Positions 1 to 8,937 of a stretch of DNA of 64,000 nucleotides are shown here, piece after piece. Origin of the DNA: Methylocystaceae bacterium. GTDB taxonomy: Bacteria; Bacillota; Syntrophomonadia; Syntrophomonadales; JBLNAA01. The stretch spans positions 5,931 to 69,930 of the forward strand of contig JBLNAA010000008.1 of the NCBI GenBank assembly GCA_050259135.1. The letters run 5' to 3'. Position numbers and translations under genes: made by a program. Below the pieces are notes generated by a model, which was given only the letters and a program-made list of their open reading frames with translations, made no database searches and was not told where the DNA came from. The first letter of the stretch is position 1. Every line of letters begins with the position of its first letter.

Positions 1-36
1 TAGGGAGCCACCAAGTTATTCCTCCCCATGGTTATC

Positions 37-648
37 TTACTCTGCGATTTTACCATCGGTGGTGTACACCCACTCCACCTTATCACCTGATTTTATCTTA
101 TATAAGCCACAGCCAACCCCCGGGGTTTCGCCATTAACTTGATAAAGCCATCCGCTCATCGGTCCCTGGTCAAACTCCTTCAGGCTGCCAATCCCAGTGA
201 TATAGGCCGCAGGTCCAAATCCACGATAATCCAGTGCAATACCCGATTGCGCAGCCGCCCGTTTGGTAACACTGAAAACACTTTCATCCTGGTTAATCGA
301 TAGTTCAGTAACAGAAAACAGCAGTTTCCCATCACCGCAAGCTGATACGGCAACCCCCTCAGCCTGCTTACCAGGAACCACCGGGGCAGCCTGAACAGTT
401 TTATCCTGCTCCTTTGGTTCTGTTTTTACCTCGACGGAGTCAGCTTTAACGTTCGGCTCAGTAACTGCCTCTTTAGTCTTGGCTACCGGATCTACCTCCG
501 TTTTCTGAGCCACAACAGCTGACTTTGATGGTAATTTAGCGATGTCCGGTTTGTTTGATTGACTGCATCCGATATTAAATGACAACAGAATCCCCAGCAT
601 TATAACGGTTATTAACCCGAGAATGGGTAACCTTAGTTTATACTTCAT
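37..648 (-). CDS. Secreted lipoprotein with C-terminal DUF4430 (transcobalamin beta-domain-like) domain
   Basis: N-terminal signal peptide with lipobox (LSFNIGC). Lys/Glu/Pro/Val-rich linker. C-terminal motif GPMSGWLYQVNGETPGVGCGLYKIKSGDKVEWVYT is typical of DUF4430. Starts 43 nt after the stop of the upstream gene, with RBS GGGAGG. Confidence 0.7.
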   Translation of the reverse strand: MKYKLRLPILGLITVIMLGILLSFNIGCSQSNKPDIAKLPSKSAVVAQKTEVDPVAKTKEAVTEPNVKADSVEVKTEPKEQDKTVQAAPVVPGKQAEGVAVSACGDGKLLFSVTELSINQDESVFSVTKRAAAQSGIALDYRGFGPAAYITGIGSLKEFDQGPMSGWLYQVNGETPGVGCGLYKIKSGDKVEWVYTTDGKIAE

Positions 649-691
649 ACAATTTTCGCCTCCCGTATCAGCGACCAGAGCAGTCCATTAC

Positions 692-2788
692 CTACTTTTT
701 GCTGAGTAAATCATACAGGCGGATCAAAATGGTAGCCGCCATTTCCCGGGTTACCTGCCCCCGGGGGTCAAATCGGTTGTCAGCACCCGTCATTAAACCG
801 CTGGCTGCTGCCTGTGAAATGGCCTGCCGGGCCTCAGGGTAGGCCAGGCTTATATCAAGAAAATCCTTTTGTCCGCTTTGCTGCTGGGGGTAAACTTTGG
901 CTAGAACCAAGGCTATTTCCTGCCGGCTTATAGCCCGGTCCGGTTCAAAGCTATCCCTGGAAGTACCGGTGATCCATCCTCGGTTGGCCGCTTCTGTGAC
1001 AGAATCATAATACCAATTTTTAGGCCTGACATCCTGGAACTGAATTACCCTGGGATTGGCTGCTGCCGGCAGATCCATTCTCATAAGCATGGCCATCAGC
1101 TCAGCCCGGGTTACAACCCGGTCGGGGGCAAAACACAGTGGCTGCAGAGTAACCCCTTTGATAATTCCCAGATCATATGCCTTTTTAACAGACATTTTAG
1201 CCCAGTCAGATATCCGGCCGGCATCAGCAAATTGCCCGGCAGTTGTTACAATGTGAGTATAAATTGGCGGCAGATGCTGTTGAAAACGCTGCCAGGCAAC
1301 CAAAGCCAGCAATGCTTGTTCTGAAGCGGTGGGATCAGAGGATCCGCCAGCAATATGAGCAAAACCGCCGTCAGGCTGCAGATATTGCAGCCAGCACCCA
1401 GTCAGGCTGCCCTTCGCTTTGGTAAATTGCGTATCCTCCGGTGAGATTCCCAGACTGCAAAGCGCCAGAATTACCTGGGACGAGCTTTCGCTGTTTTCAA
1501 TTCCGCTATTGGCATAACCGCCATCGGCAAGCTGTATCCCGGCTAACCATTTCAAGGCTTTTGCGGTTGCATTTTTTACTGTTTCCTGTTTTTGATAGGG
1601 TGCCAGGGCGGTCAAAGTCATAGCTGTAACATCAACATCACCAGCCATACCGTTGGCTAATCCCCAGGCCCCGTCAGAACGCTGTTCATTAAGCAGCCAG
1701 GTTATGATTTTATCACGATTCCAGAGTGAATTTTGCGGAGTATCAGCTCCACAGCTATCGAGCGCAATAAGTGCAAAAGCTACTCCGTTGGTTCCCTGCA
1801 TGGTTAAACGTTTATGACTGTAAATCTCGGCAATCAGGTTTCTTCCTTCGATAGACGCCGTATCGATCCCCAGCAGTCCGGCTATTATGGCCTGCCGTTC
1901 CAAATCAGTGACCCTTGGTGAACCGGGCCCGGCATTTTTAATAGCGGTTACTAAAGTTTTACCATACTGATCTACTGCCAGCTCATTGCAATACCACAGG
2001 CCCATCGCCCCCCAGTCAGTCAGGGGCTGAATGCTTTTGATATACTTTACAACACCCTCAACCTGGGCTGCCTTTAATTCCGTCTGGTTTATATTGACAA
2101 TCGGCGGCAAGAGCACAGCCTGGTCATCCTGCTCCACATAAAACCATTGTATTTCATCACCATCGGCCACTACTTTACTGCCGGCACCGGCACCGGGAAC
2201 CGAACCATTCAGCCGGTACTTCCAACCGCTGGTAGGGCCGTGGGCAAATTCTTCTTGGCCCCCGATGGCTGCCACATAGCCATTCCTAATTTCAAGAGAT
2301 ATTCCGTAGGTTGATGCCGCCTTCTGCAAAAGACTGAGAACGGTTGCTGTTCCCTGCCAGGTAATCGTTGTGGGCGGAAGTATTGATCCATCATAGCCGG
2401 TAATACTGATTTGAGCCTGTTTGGTTACCACCGGAGGTGCCCCCGGATTGGCTGGTTCGCTGCCGGTTATCGTCACTGGTATAGCTGCCGGGTTTAAATC
2501 TTGACTGTTGACCTGAATCTGATAACTTCCGGGAATTACTGGTATTACAAAACTGAACGAACCATCCTCATCGCTGACTCCCTGATTAATGTATACCCGC
2601 TGACTGGCACTGGTAACCTGTACACTGATCTGACTGTAGGGCTGGGCGGTTCCTGTTACCTGGATGTTTGACCCGGCAGCAGCAGCATTAACATCCGCTC
2701 CATAAACCGGAGACGTAACTGCCAATAATGTCCCAACCACCACTACAGCCAGCAGACAGATACCAAGTTTATAATGAATTCGGCACAT
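692..2788 (-). CDS. S-layer-anchored surface protein: signal peptide, Ig-like domain, DUF4430 domain, alpha/alpha-toroid (prenyltransferase/terpene-cyclase-like) repeats, three C-terminal SLH domains
   Basis: Signal peptide ends VYGADV. DUF4430 motif GPTSGWKYRLNGSVPGAGAGSKVVADGDEIQWFYV. Repeated SDGAWG / ADGGYA / PDGGFA motifs. Three SLH-like repeats (FADAGRISDWAKMSVKKAYDLGIIKG, FQDVRPKNWYYDSVTEAANRGWITG, FLDISLAYPEARQAISQAAASGLMTG). Confidence 0.75.
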   Translation of the reverse strand: MCRIHYKLGICLLAVVVVGTLLAVTSPVYGADVNAAAAGSNIQVTGTAQPYSQISVQVTSASQRVYINQGVSDEDGSFSFVIPVIPGSYQIQVNSQDLNPAAIPVTITGSEPANPGAPPVVTKQAQISITGYDGSILPPTTITWQGTATVLSLLQKAASTYGISLEIRNGYVAAIGGQEEFAHGPTSGWKYRLNGSVPGAGAGSKVVADGDEIQWFYVEQDDQAVLLPPIVNINQTELKAAQVEGVVKYIKSIQPLTDWGAMGLWYCNELAVDQYGKTLVTAIKNAGPGSPRVTDLERQAIIAGLLGIDTASIEGRNLIAEIYSHKRLTMQGTNGVAFALIALDSCGADTPQNSLWNRDKIITWLLNEQRSDGAWGLANGMAGDVDVTAMTLTALAPYQKQETVKNATAKALKWLAGIQLADGGYANSGIENSESSSQVILALCSLGISPEDTQFTKAKGSLTGCWLQYLQPDGGFAHIAGGSSDPTASEQALLALVAWQRFQQHLPPIYTHIVTTAGQFADAGRISDWAKMSVKKAYDLGIIKGVTLQPLCFAPDRVVTRAELMAMLMRMDLPAAANPRVIQFQDVRPKNWYYDSVTEAANRGWITGTSRDSFEPDRAISRQEIALVLAKVYPQQQSGQKDFLDISLAYPEARQAISQAAASGLMTGADNRFDPRGQVTREMAATILIRLYDLLSKK

Positions 2789-2802
2789 TCCAAGCTACCT
2801 CT

Positions 2803-4068
2803 CTAGTGGACTGGAATAACAGCTGGCGCACACAAGGGTGTCCGCTGCTGCCAGTTATCCCACACCATCACCTTTACCAGTGAACCTGCTGCAGCATTCA
2901 CCCCAAAACCCAGACCTACGTTATGATCTTCCCCGGCTGCCAGATTATATTGGCTGTAGCTGTAGGTTAGCATTTTCCCCTGGGGGTCATAGAGCGCTGC
3001 AATTACCAGATTATCCTGAGCAGCGGCAGTGGGGTTACAAATGGTTATGGTCAAATCACAATCCTGACCGCTGCTTAGCACCATTGGCGCATTTATTCTG
3101 ATCCAGGCTTGCGGGAGTTTACTGCGGTATTTAGAATAACCGGCAGTTAAATCAGCCAGGGCACAAAGTGCTGAACCGGTACTATTTAATCCCTGTTCAA
3201 TAAAACTGCCATCAGACTGCTGATGGGATAACAGGCCATCTACCAAAGATTTACCTGCTTTAGTCCAGTCGGCACTCTGGGGCGAGATGCCCCAGGCAGT
3301 TAGAGCCTCAATCACGGCAGCTGTGCTGTCCGGGCTGTCAGATCCCCAGCTCAGCAGAGCACCGGTTGCTGACTGCAGGTCGTCCTTTTTTAAAAAGGCC
3401 AGCGCTCGTTGTACAACATCACTCTCGATAGGTGTATGTCCTGCCAGCGCCAGTAAAGCGTGGGCAGTTGAATCAATATCATCGGCCGCCCCCGGGGAGT
3501 TTGGATCATTTACCCATTCGCAATAGGCACCGCTGGCGCGCTGCTTAGCCTTGATATATTCAATCGCGGCCGTGACATTGTAATTGGCTGGTGCGGCCGC
3601 ATAGTTGCAGTTGTACATGTCAAGGGCGATAACAGACCAAATGGTGTTGTTTAAAGAATCGGCACTGGTTGTAAAACAACCGCTGTTCACATCCTGTTTG
3701 CTTACCAGCAGTGCAACCAAATTGGTATCGCTCCCGTTTATCTGCACCTGGGTCGGATTTTCCCCCTTGGCCATTAAACCAATCATACTGTTAGCAATAC
3801 TGGCCGGCTGGGCGGTATCTGGTTCGGTCAGATTGACACTGCCGGCCAGGGGGTCGGCCTGGGAGCCCAGTGCAACCGCACACATCCAGGGGGAATAAAA
3901 GCTGTTTATACTTTCGGGATGCCCGCTGCAAAAGGCACGGGCTTTAACCCAGGCTTGATCAGTATCACTGGCTGTAGCTGCGTCTACAGTTCGCGGGCTG
4001 ATGGTAAGCAGAACTAATATAACCATCAGAAATACCCGGGTAATACTCGATTTACAGCAGATTAACAA
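2803..4068 (-). CDS. Secreted alpha/alpha-toroid (prenyltransferase/squalene-cyclase-like repeat) protein with C-terminal beta-rich domain
   Basis: TTG start preceded by AAAGGAGGA. Signal peptide. ASGAYC / SDGSF repeat motifs with LLAL/IEAL helices. First gene downstream of the cobalamin riboswitch. Confidence 0.65.
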   Translation of the reverse strand: MLICCKSSITRVFLMVILVLLTISPRTVDAATASDTDQAWVKARAFCSGHPESINSFYSPWMCAVALGSQADPLAGSVNLTEPDTAQPASIANSMIGLMAKGENPTQVQINGSDTNLVALLVSKQDVNSGCFTTSADSLNNTIWSVIALDMYNCNYAAAPANYNVTAAIEYIKAKQRASGAYCEWVNDPNSPGAADDIDSTAHALLALAGHTPIESDVVQRALAFLKKDDLQSATGALLSWGSDSPDSTAAVIEALTAWGISPQSADWTKAGKSLVDGLLSHQQSDGSFIEQGLNSTGSALCALADLTAGYSKYRSKLPQAWIRINAPMVLSSGQDCDLTITICNPTAAAQDNLVIAALYDPQGKMLTYSYSQYNLAAGEDHNVGLGFGVNAAAGSLVKVMVWDNWQQRTPLCAPAVIPVH

Positions 4069-4104
4069 TGAATATCCTCCTTTACCCTGGCACCCTCATT
4101 TCAT

Positions 4105-4138
4105 AGCAAAACCGCCTGCCCCATTGGGGGCAGGCGGT
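4105..4138 (-). terminator. Intrinsic terminator forming the expression platform of the cobalamin riboswitch
   Basis: Minus strand reads ACCGCCTGCCCCC-AAT-GGGGCAGGCGGT followed by TTTGCT. Lies between the B12 aptamer and the RBS of 2803..4068. Confidence 0.8.
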
Positions 4139-4189
4139 ATCAAGACAACCTTAATTGCCTCCCCTCCTCATCCCGGAAGCTGAGTAATC

Positions 4190-4348
4190 TTATTCGGCAG
4201 CAGGCAGGTCTCCTGGCTCTCGTTCATTCTACAACCGCACCTTCCCGGACAGCTGTCCAGTGGTTTTAGGCGGATTCGTCCCGATTACAGTAGGGGATAA
4301 ACTGCAACGGCCTCTCACCGTTTTCCCTTTTACCCTGACCATTGTTAT
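4190..4348 (-). promoter_or_regulatory. Cobalamin (B12) riboswitch aptamer
   Basis: Minus strand contains GGTCAGGGTAAAAGGGAAAACGGTGAGAGGCC...CCCCTACTGTAA...ACCACTGG...GGGAAGG and the B12 box AGCCAGGAGACCTGCC (plus coordinates 4203-4218). These match the conserved core of the cobalamin riboswitch family. Confidence 0.9.
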
Positions 4349-4452
4349 ATGGGCAGGGATACCTGATACCGACTATGAAATTGCAGGTGCTGTGACTTTA
4401 TTAAAACTATACACCATTATGGCAATTATTACCACGATAGTTCCCAACCGGA

Positions 4453-5166
4453 TCAATTATAAAATTCTTCACCTGGCATCCGTGAATTATTAATCCGCAG
4501 GTAAACCCGATTAATTACCAGATAAAACGGTTTACCCAGCAGGAGACTGAATACGATGTTTCCGGCTGCGTGTAAAAGATCAAAAGGCAAACTGGTTAGG
4601 TAAGTGGCAGCAAAGGTTTTCCAGGAGTGAGGTTCAATAAAAGCCAGCCAGTGCCAGATGTTCATAACCCACCCAAATAAGATGCCAGCTGCTCCGGCCA
4701 AAATCACAAATGGCCACATTTTGAAGTCATCATTACGCCTGCCCATAACCCCTGCCAAAATCCCACATAATCCCCAGCAGGCCATCTGCCAGGGAGTCCA
4801 TGGTCCCTGCCCTAAGAAAAAGTTGGAAGCAAAACCATTTAAGGCACCAACCGCAAATCCTATAGCCGGCCCACCAACATAGCCGGTAATCATTACGATA
4901 AAAGTAGTCGGTTTAAACCCGGCTATGGGAGCAAATGCTACCCGGGTCATTGCTGCCATTGCCGCCATAGTGGCAACCAGGGCAATTATTCGGGCATCTA
5001 CGGTTCTTTTATTAGCAATCCGCAGCACTACCAGCCAGGCGCCAATGGCGCCCCCGGTAACCAACAGTCCCAGGCTGCTGTTAGTATTGTGAGAGCCAAA
5101 GATGAGACCGATGGCCAGCAAACCCAAGGTAACCGCTATAAGTGCTGCGTCACCTATTTTCGTCAT
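4453..5166 (-). CDS. ECF transporter substrate-specific (S) component, specificity unknown
   Basis: 237-aa polytopic membrane protein, Gly/Ala/Trp-rich. Starts 3 nt downstream of the ECF ATPase gene. The cobalamin link is contextual only. Confidence 0.6.
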   Translation of the reverse strand: MTKIGDAALIAVTLGLLAIGLIFGSHNTNSSLGLLVTGGAIGAWLVVLRIANKRTVDARIIALVATMAAMAAMTRVAFAPIAGFKPTTFIVMITGYVGGPAIGFAVGALNGFASNFFLGQGPWTPWQMACWGLCGILAGVMGRRNDDFKMWPFVILAGAAGILFGWVMNIWHWLAFIEPHSWKTFAATYLTSLPFDLLHAAGNIVFSLLLGKPFYLVINRVYLRINNSRMPGEEFYN

Positions 5167-5168
5167 AG

Positions 5169-6842
5169 CTAACTCCGTTCCAGATTTATTAATTTAGGTT
5201 GAGAACCCATTTCCCCTGCTAAGGCCGTTTGGGCCTCCCTGACCGTAATAATCCTTCCTCCCAACAGGCGGTTCACCTGAGGTGAATAAAAGGTGTGCCC
5301 GCTTATCATATGGCGGGTGATTCCCGGTCCAATTAACTCTCCCTGCTGGAGAAAAGCTGCCCGGTCGGCATACTCAGCAACAAACTCCAGGTCATGAGTA
5401 ATGAGTAAAATGGTGGTCCCCTCTCGCCGTATCGAACTGAGTATCGTACCCAGCTGTTCCTTAAACAATGGGTCAAGCCCCTGTGTAGGTTCGTCCAGAA
5501 TCAATACCCCTGGTTTGGATAGCAGCACACAAGTCAGTGCTGCCTTTTGCTGTTCGCCCCGGCTTAAATCACGGGGATACCTATCCTCAATGGATGTCAG
5601 GGAAAACCAATCGGATAACTGTTTAAGCCATTTTGAATCCGGGCTTCCCAGGTTTTTGATATTAAACTCTATCTCCTCTTTTACCGTGGCTAAAAAGAAG
5701 TACTGTCCCGTCTCCTGGGGTAAATAGCCGATTTGGTGGGCCAGTGATGATGCCTTTTGTCCCCTGATTGACCGCCCATCCAAGCAGATATCACCCTGGC
5801 TGGGTTTTAGCAATCCGGCAATATTTTTACCCAGGGTGCTCTTGCCGGAACCATTTGCTCCCATCAACGCAGTAATACTGCCAGACGGCAGGTTCAGGCT
5901 TACACCTCTTAAAACCGACGGACCTCCTGGATAGGCAAAGCCGAGTTTGTTTACCACCAGCCGGTTATTTAAGGTACTGGGGGATGGATCAATTGGATTC
6001 CTGTCCGGTAAGGGCATCGATACCCCTAACAATGGTCGGGCCTGCTTGACGGTCAAGGGGATTTTAGGACTACCCATTTGGGCAAACAAACGGGGTATTG
6101 GCGGAGCAAACGGACGTCCCTGCTGCACTGTCCATTGAACTGCTTCAATGGGAGCAGCATTATGGCTAATCCTCCCCTGATCTAAAAACACAACCCTATC
6201 CGCTAAATGATAGCATTGTTCCAATCGGTGCTCTGCAATTACAATCGTTATTCCATTTTCTTCATTCAGCCGACGCAAAAAATTAAATAGTTCCTCACTA
6301 GCCACCGGGTTAAGCCGGGAGGTAGGTTCATCAAGCAGCAGCAACTTTGGCTGCAGGGCCATTACCGCTGCTAATGCTGTTTTTTGCTTCTGCCCTCCTG
6401 ATAATTTGGCTGTGGACTGATCCAGCCAGGGAGTAAGCCCTAACATCTCGGCGGTTTCTGCCAGACGATTAAGGCCAATAGATGATGGTATACCCAGGTT
6501 CTCCAGGCCAAAGGCCAGCTCCTGTTGTACAGTGGTCATCACCAACTGACTTTCAGGATTTTCATATACCATTCCTACCATCTGCAGCAGCTCTTGACGG
6601 CTGATGGCTGCCAGCGACTTACCTGCCGCCTGTATAGCCCCACTCATTATTCCGCCATAGAAATCCGGTATCAAACGGCATAATGCCCGCAGAAGAGTAG
6701 TTTTGCCGCTTCCTGACCCTCCCACCAGCAGTACAATTTCACCTTCATTAATCTGCAGATTAATATTATTCAAGGCCAGGCGGCTGCTTTGCGGGTAGGT
6801 ATAGCTTAAATTGTCGATTTCCAGGAATGCCATAACCGCCAT
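5169..6842 (-). CDS. ECF transporter energy-coupling ATPase, fused double ABC domain (A-A')
   Basis: Two Walker A motifs (GGSGSGKTT, GANGSGKST). Two ABC signatures (LSGGQKQ, LSRGEQQ). Two Walker B motifs (LLLDEPT, LILDEPT). Confidence 0.9.
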   Translation of the reverse strand: MAVMAFLEIDNLSYTYPQSSRLALNNINLQINEGEIVLLVGGSGSGKTTLLRALCRLIPDFYGGIMSGAIQAAGKSLAAISRQELLQMVGMVYENPESQLVMTTVQQELAFGLENLGIPSSIGLNRLAETAEMLGLTPWLDQSTAKLSGGQKQKTALAAVMALQPKLLLLDEPTSRLNPVASEELFNFLRRLNEENGITIVIAEHRLEQCYHLADRVVFLDQGRISHNAAPIEAVQWTVQQGRPFAPPIPRLFAQMGSPKIPLTVKQARPLLGVSMPLPDRNPIDPSPSTLNNRLVVNKLGFAYPGGPSVLRGVSLNLPSGSITALMGANGSGKSTLGKNIAGLLKPSQGDICLDGRSIRGQKASSLAHQIGYLPQETGQYFFLATVKEEIEFNIKNLGSPDSKWLKQLSDWFSLTSIEDRYPRDLSRGEQQKAALTCVLLSKPGVLILDEPTQGLDPLFKEQLGTILSSIRREGTTILLITHDLEFVAEYADRAAFLQQGELIGPGITRHMISGHTFYSPQVNRLLGGRIITVREAQTALAGEMGSQPKLINLERS

Positions 6843-7720
6843 CCTTCACTTAATAGTGCCGGGTAACTGAACAGCAGGAAAAGTCCTGCACTGAACAAAA
6901 TTATTTCCGGAGATATGATCGGCCCTACTACCGGATAAAAGGCAAAGCCGCTTTCGCCGCGGATCACAAAAATAACACCCAACAGAAGGCCGATAACAGT
7001 AACCCCCGTGAATAGATAATCCTTAAAGGTCCAAAAGCCCTGGTAGTAGATGGTCCGCACACCTGCTCCAAACCCGCGTGTCTGCATTGATTCCGCCACC
7101 TGCATGGAATCCTCCAGGCTGTCTTGTAATAAAGCCATGACCAGGGGCCGACTATGCTGTAGCCGTTTGATTACACCATTCTCTTCCCAATCTAACCCCC
7201 GACAGCTTTGAATCTCTTTAATTTCTGCCAACTTCTTAATCATCAGTGGTAATTGATGTAACGTAAGAGCCAGCACCAACGCCGTATTGCCTCCCCAGCG
7301 GGCCAGGTACTTTACTATTTGATCGGGGTTCACCAGATATGTAAAGAGGCAGAAAGCCTCTAAAATTATGAGCAGCCGGGCTGACATAACCAATGCGAAA
7401 ACCAAAACTTCCAGGGTGAATATTATGTCTTGGTCCCCGAGTGTCGGGACGCCGAAAATTATCGTACTGCCATTATGATTAAAAAACAGGTTGATCAGGA
7501 TGATAAAAGCACCCATAGTCAACCCAATACTCAGGTAGCCACGGGCAGGCCTTTCTAAACCAGCCAGGTGTAAATCGGCATAAGCAGCCAGTAATAGTGC
7601 TCCCAGCAGCATCGGCTGGGTCAGCATAAATGACAGTGCTACTAATACCAAAGTCATCAGGGTGAGGCTGAAAGGATGTAAGTGGTATAATACCTGATCA
7701 TGATGTTGATATAAATACAC
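6806..7720 (-). CDS. ECF transporter transmembrane (T) component, CbiQ/EcfT family
   Basis: GTG start after RBS AAAGAGGAAA. Polytopic membrane protein with the coupling-helix motif ESMQTRGFG. Overlaps the ATPase gene. Confidence 0.8.
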   Translation of the reverse strand: MYLYQHHDQVLYHLHPFSLTLMTLVLVALSFMLTQPMLLGALLLAAYADLHLAGLERPARGYLSIGLTMGAFIILINLFFNHNGSTIIFGVPTLGDQDIIFTLEVLVFALVMSARLLIILEAFCLFTYLVNPDQIVKYLARWGGNTALVLALTLHQLPLMIKKLAEIKEIQSCRGLDWEENGVIKRLQHSRPLVMALLQDSLEDSMQVAESMQTRGFGAGVRTIYYQGFWTFKDYLFTGVTVIGLLLGVIFVIRGESGFAFYPVVGPIISPEIILFSAGLFLLFSYPALLSEGWRLWHSWKSTI

Positions 7721-7740
7721 TTCTCGTTTCCTCTTTGGTT

Positions 7741-7760
7741 GATCGGCTTTATAGCCGATC
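7741..7760. promoter_or_regulatory. Perfect 8-4-8 palindrome in the leader of the ECF operon
   Basis: GATCGGCT-TTAT-AGCCGATC, about 20 nt upstream of the T-component start. Function unknown (operator or 5'UTR hairpin). Confidence 0.3.
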
Positions 7761-7802
7761 TCTTCGTATTATAAATCATAGATCGAATTACTTGATAACA
7801 AA

Positions 7803-7846
7803 CAAAAACCAAAAGGACCACCTGGTAATACACCGGCAGTCCTTTA
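7803..7846 (-). terminator. Intrinsic terminator after ftsZ
   Basis: Minus strand reads AAAGGACTGCCGG...CCAGGTGGTCCTTTT followed by GGTTTTTGTTTG. Confidence 0.6.
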
Positions 7847-7868
7847 TGATCTTATTTTAAATTTAAAC

Positions 7869-8930
7869 CTATTTTCCCCTTCTTAAAAAAGCAGGGATCT
7901 CTAAATCCTGGGTATTTAAGAAGGAATTAGTCCGCTCTAAAGAAGGAAGTCCCCGTGAATCACCAAGGTCACGGTCAAAACCGGTTGCAATCACCGTAAC
8001 CCTTACCTCACTATCCAGGGTAGTATCAATAACTGCACCAAAAATAATATTGGCATCGGGATCAGCTGCCTGAGCAATTATCTCAGCTGCTTCATTGACC
8101 TCAAATAGTGTCAGGTTAGCATCACCAGTAATATTAAACAATACTCCGCGGGCACCTTCAATTGAAGTTTCCAGCAGTGGACTGGAAATGGCGCCCCGGG
8201 CTGCTTCTGCCGCCCGGTTTTCACCGCCGGCTACCCCAATACCCATAAGAGCAGAACCTGTTTCCTGCATAATGGTTTTAACATCAGCGAAGTCACAGTT
8301 GATCAGGCCGGGAACGGAGATAAGATCTGAGATACCCTGTACCCCCTGGCGCAGGACATCATCAGCAGTACGAAAAGCCTCATTGATGGAAGTGTTTTTA
8401 TCTACTACCTGCAGCAGGCGATCATTGGGAATAGTAATCAGGCTGTCAACCTTAGCCTTTAGGTCACCGATACCTTTACCCGCCTGATCTCTGCGTTTTT
8501 TACCTTCAAACAGGAATGGCCGGGTAACAACTCCCACCGTAAGGGCACCCATTTCTTTGGCTACCTCAGCAATAACCGGGGCAGCGCCAGTTCCGGTGCC
8601 ACCGCCCATACCGGCAGTTACGAAAACCATATCAGCCCCTTGCAGAGCCTTTTTAATGTCATCACGGCTCTCTTCGGCTGCCTTTTTCCCTACCTCAGGG
8701 TTAGCACCCGCGCCCAACCCCTTGGTCAGTTTCTCCCCGATCTGGATTTTGCGGTCCGCCCGCGAAATGTATAATGCCTGGGCGTCAGTGTTTACCGCAA
8801 TAAACTCGACCCCTTTTAGTCCAGCGTCGATCATGCGGTTAATGGCATTATTACCGCCGCCACCCACGCCAATAACCTTTATGTCCGCCAATTGATGCAT
8901 TTCCATATCAAACTCCAACACGCGGCCCAA
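7869..8930 (-). CDS. ftsZ: Cell division GTPase FtsZ
   Basis: [13 protein letters not shown] and [13 protein letters not shown] tubulin signature motifs. The start may be the in-frame GTG at 8921, which is better spaced from GGAGGG. Confidence 0.97.
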   Translation of the reverse strand: MGRVLEFDMEMHQLADIKVIGVGGGGNNAINRMIDAGLKGVEFIAVNTDAQALYISRADRKIQIGEKLTKGLGAGANPEVGKKAAEESRDDIKKALQGADMVFVTAGMGGGTGTGAAPVIAEVAKEMGALTVGVVTRPFLFEGKKRRDQAGKGIGDLKAKVDSLITIPNDRLLQVVDKNTSINEAFRTADDVLRQGVQGISDLISVPGLINCDFADVKTIMQETGSALMGIGVAGGENRAAEAARGAISSPLLETSIEGARGVLFNITGDANLTLFEVNEAAEIIAQAADPDANIIFGAVIDTTLDSEVRVTVIATGFDRDLGDSRGLPSLERTNSFLNTQDLEIPAFLRRGK

Positions 8931-8937
8931 ACCCTCC

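Noticed and set aside
7721-7868. Search for a second cobalamin riboswitch upstream of the ECF T-component gene
   Set aside because: No GCCACTG/ACCACTG motif, no AGGGAA-GGTG core and no B12 box is present on either strand. The region is too short once the ftsZ terminator is subtracted.
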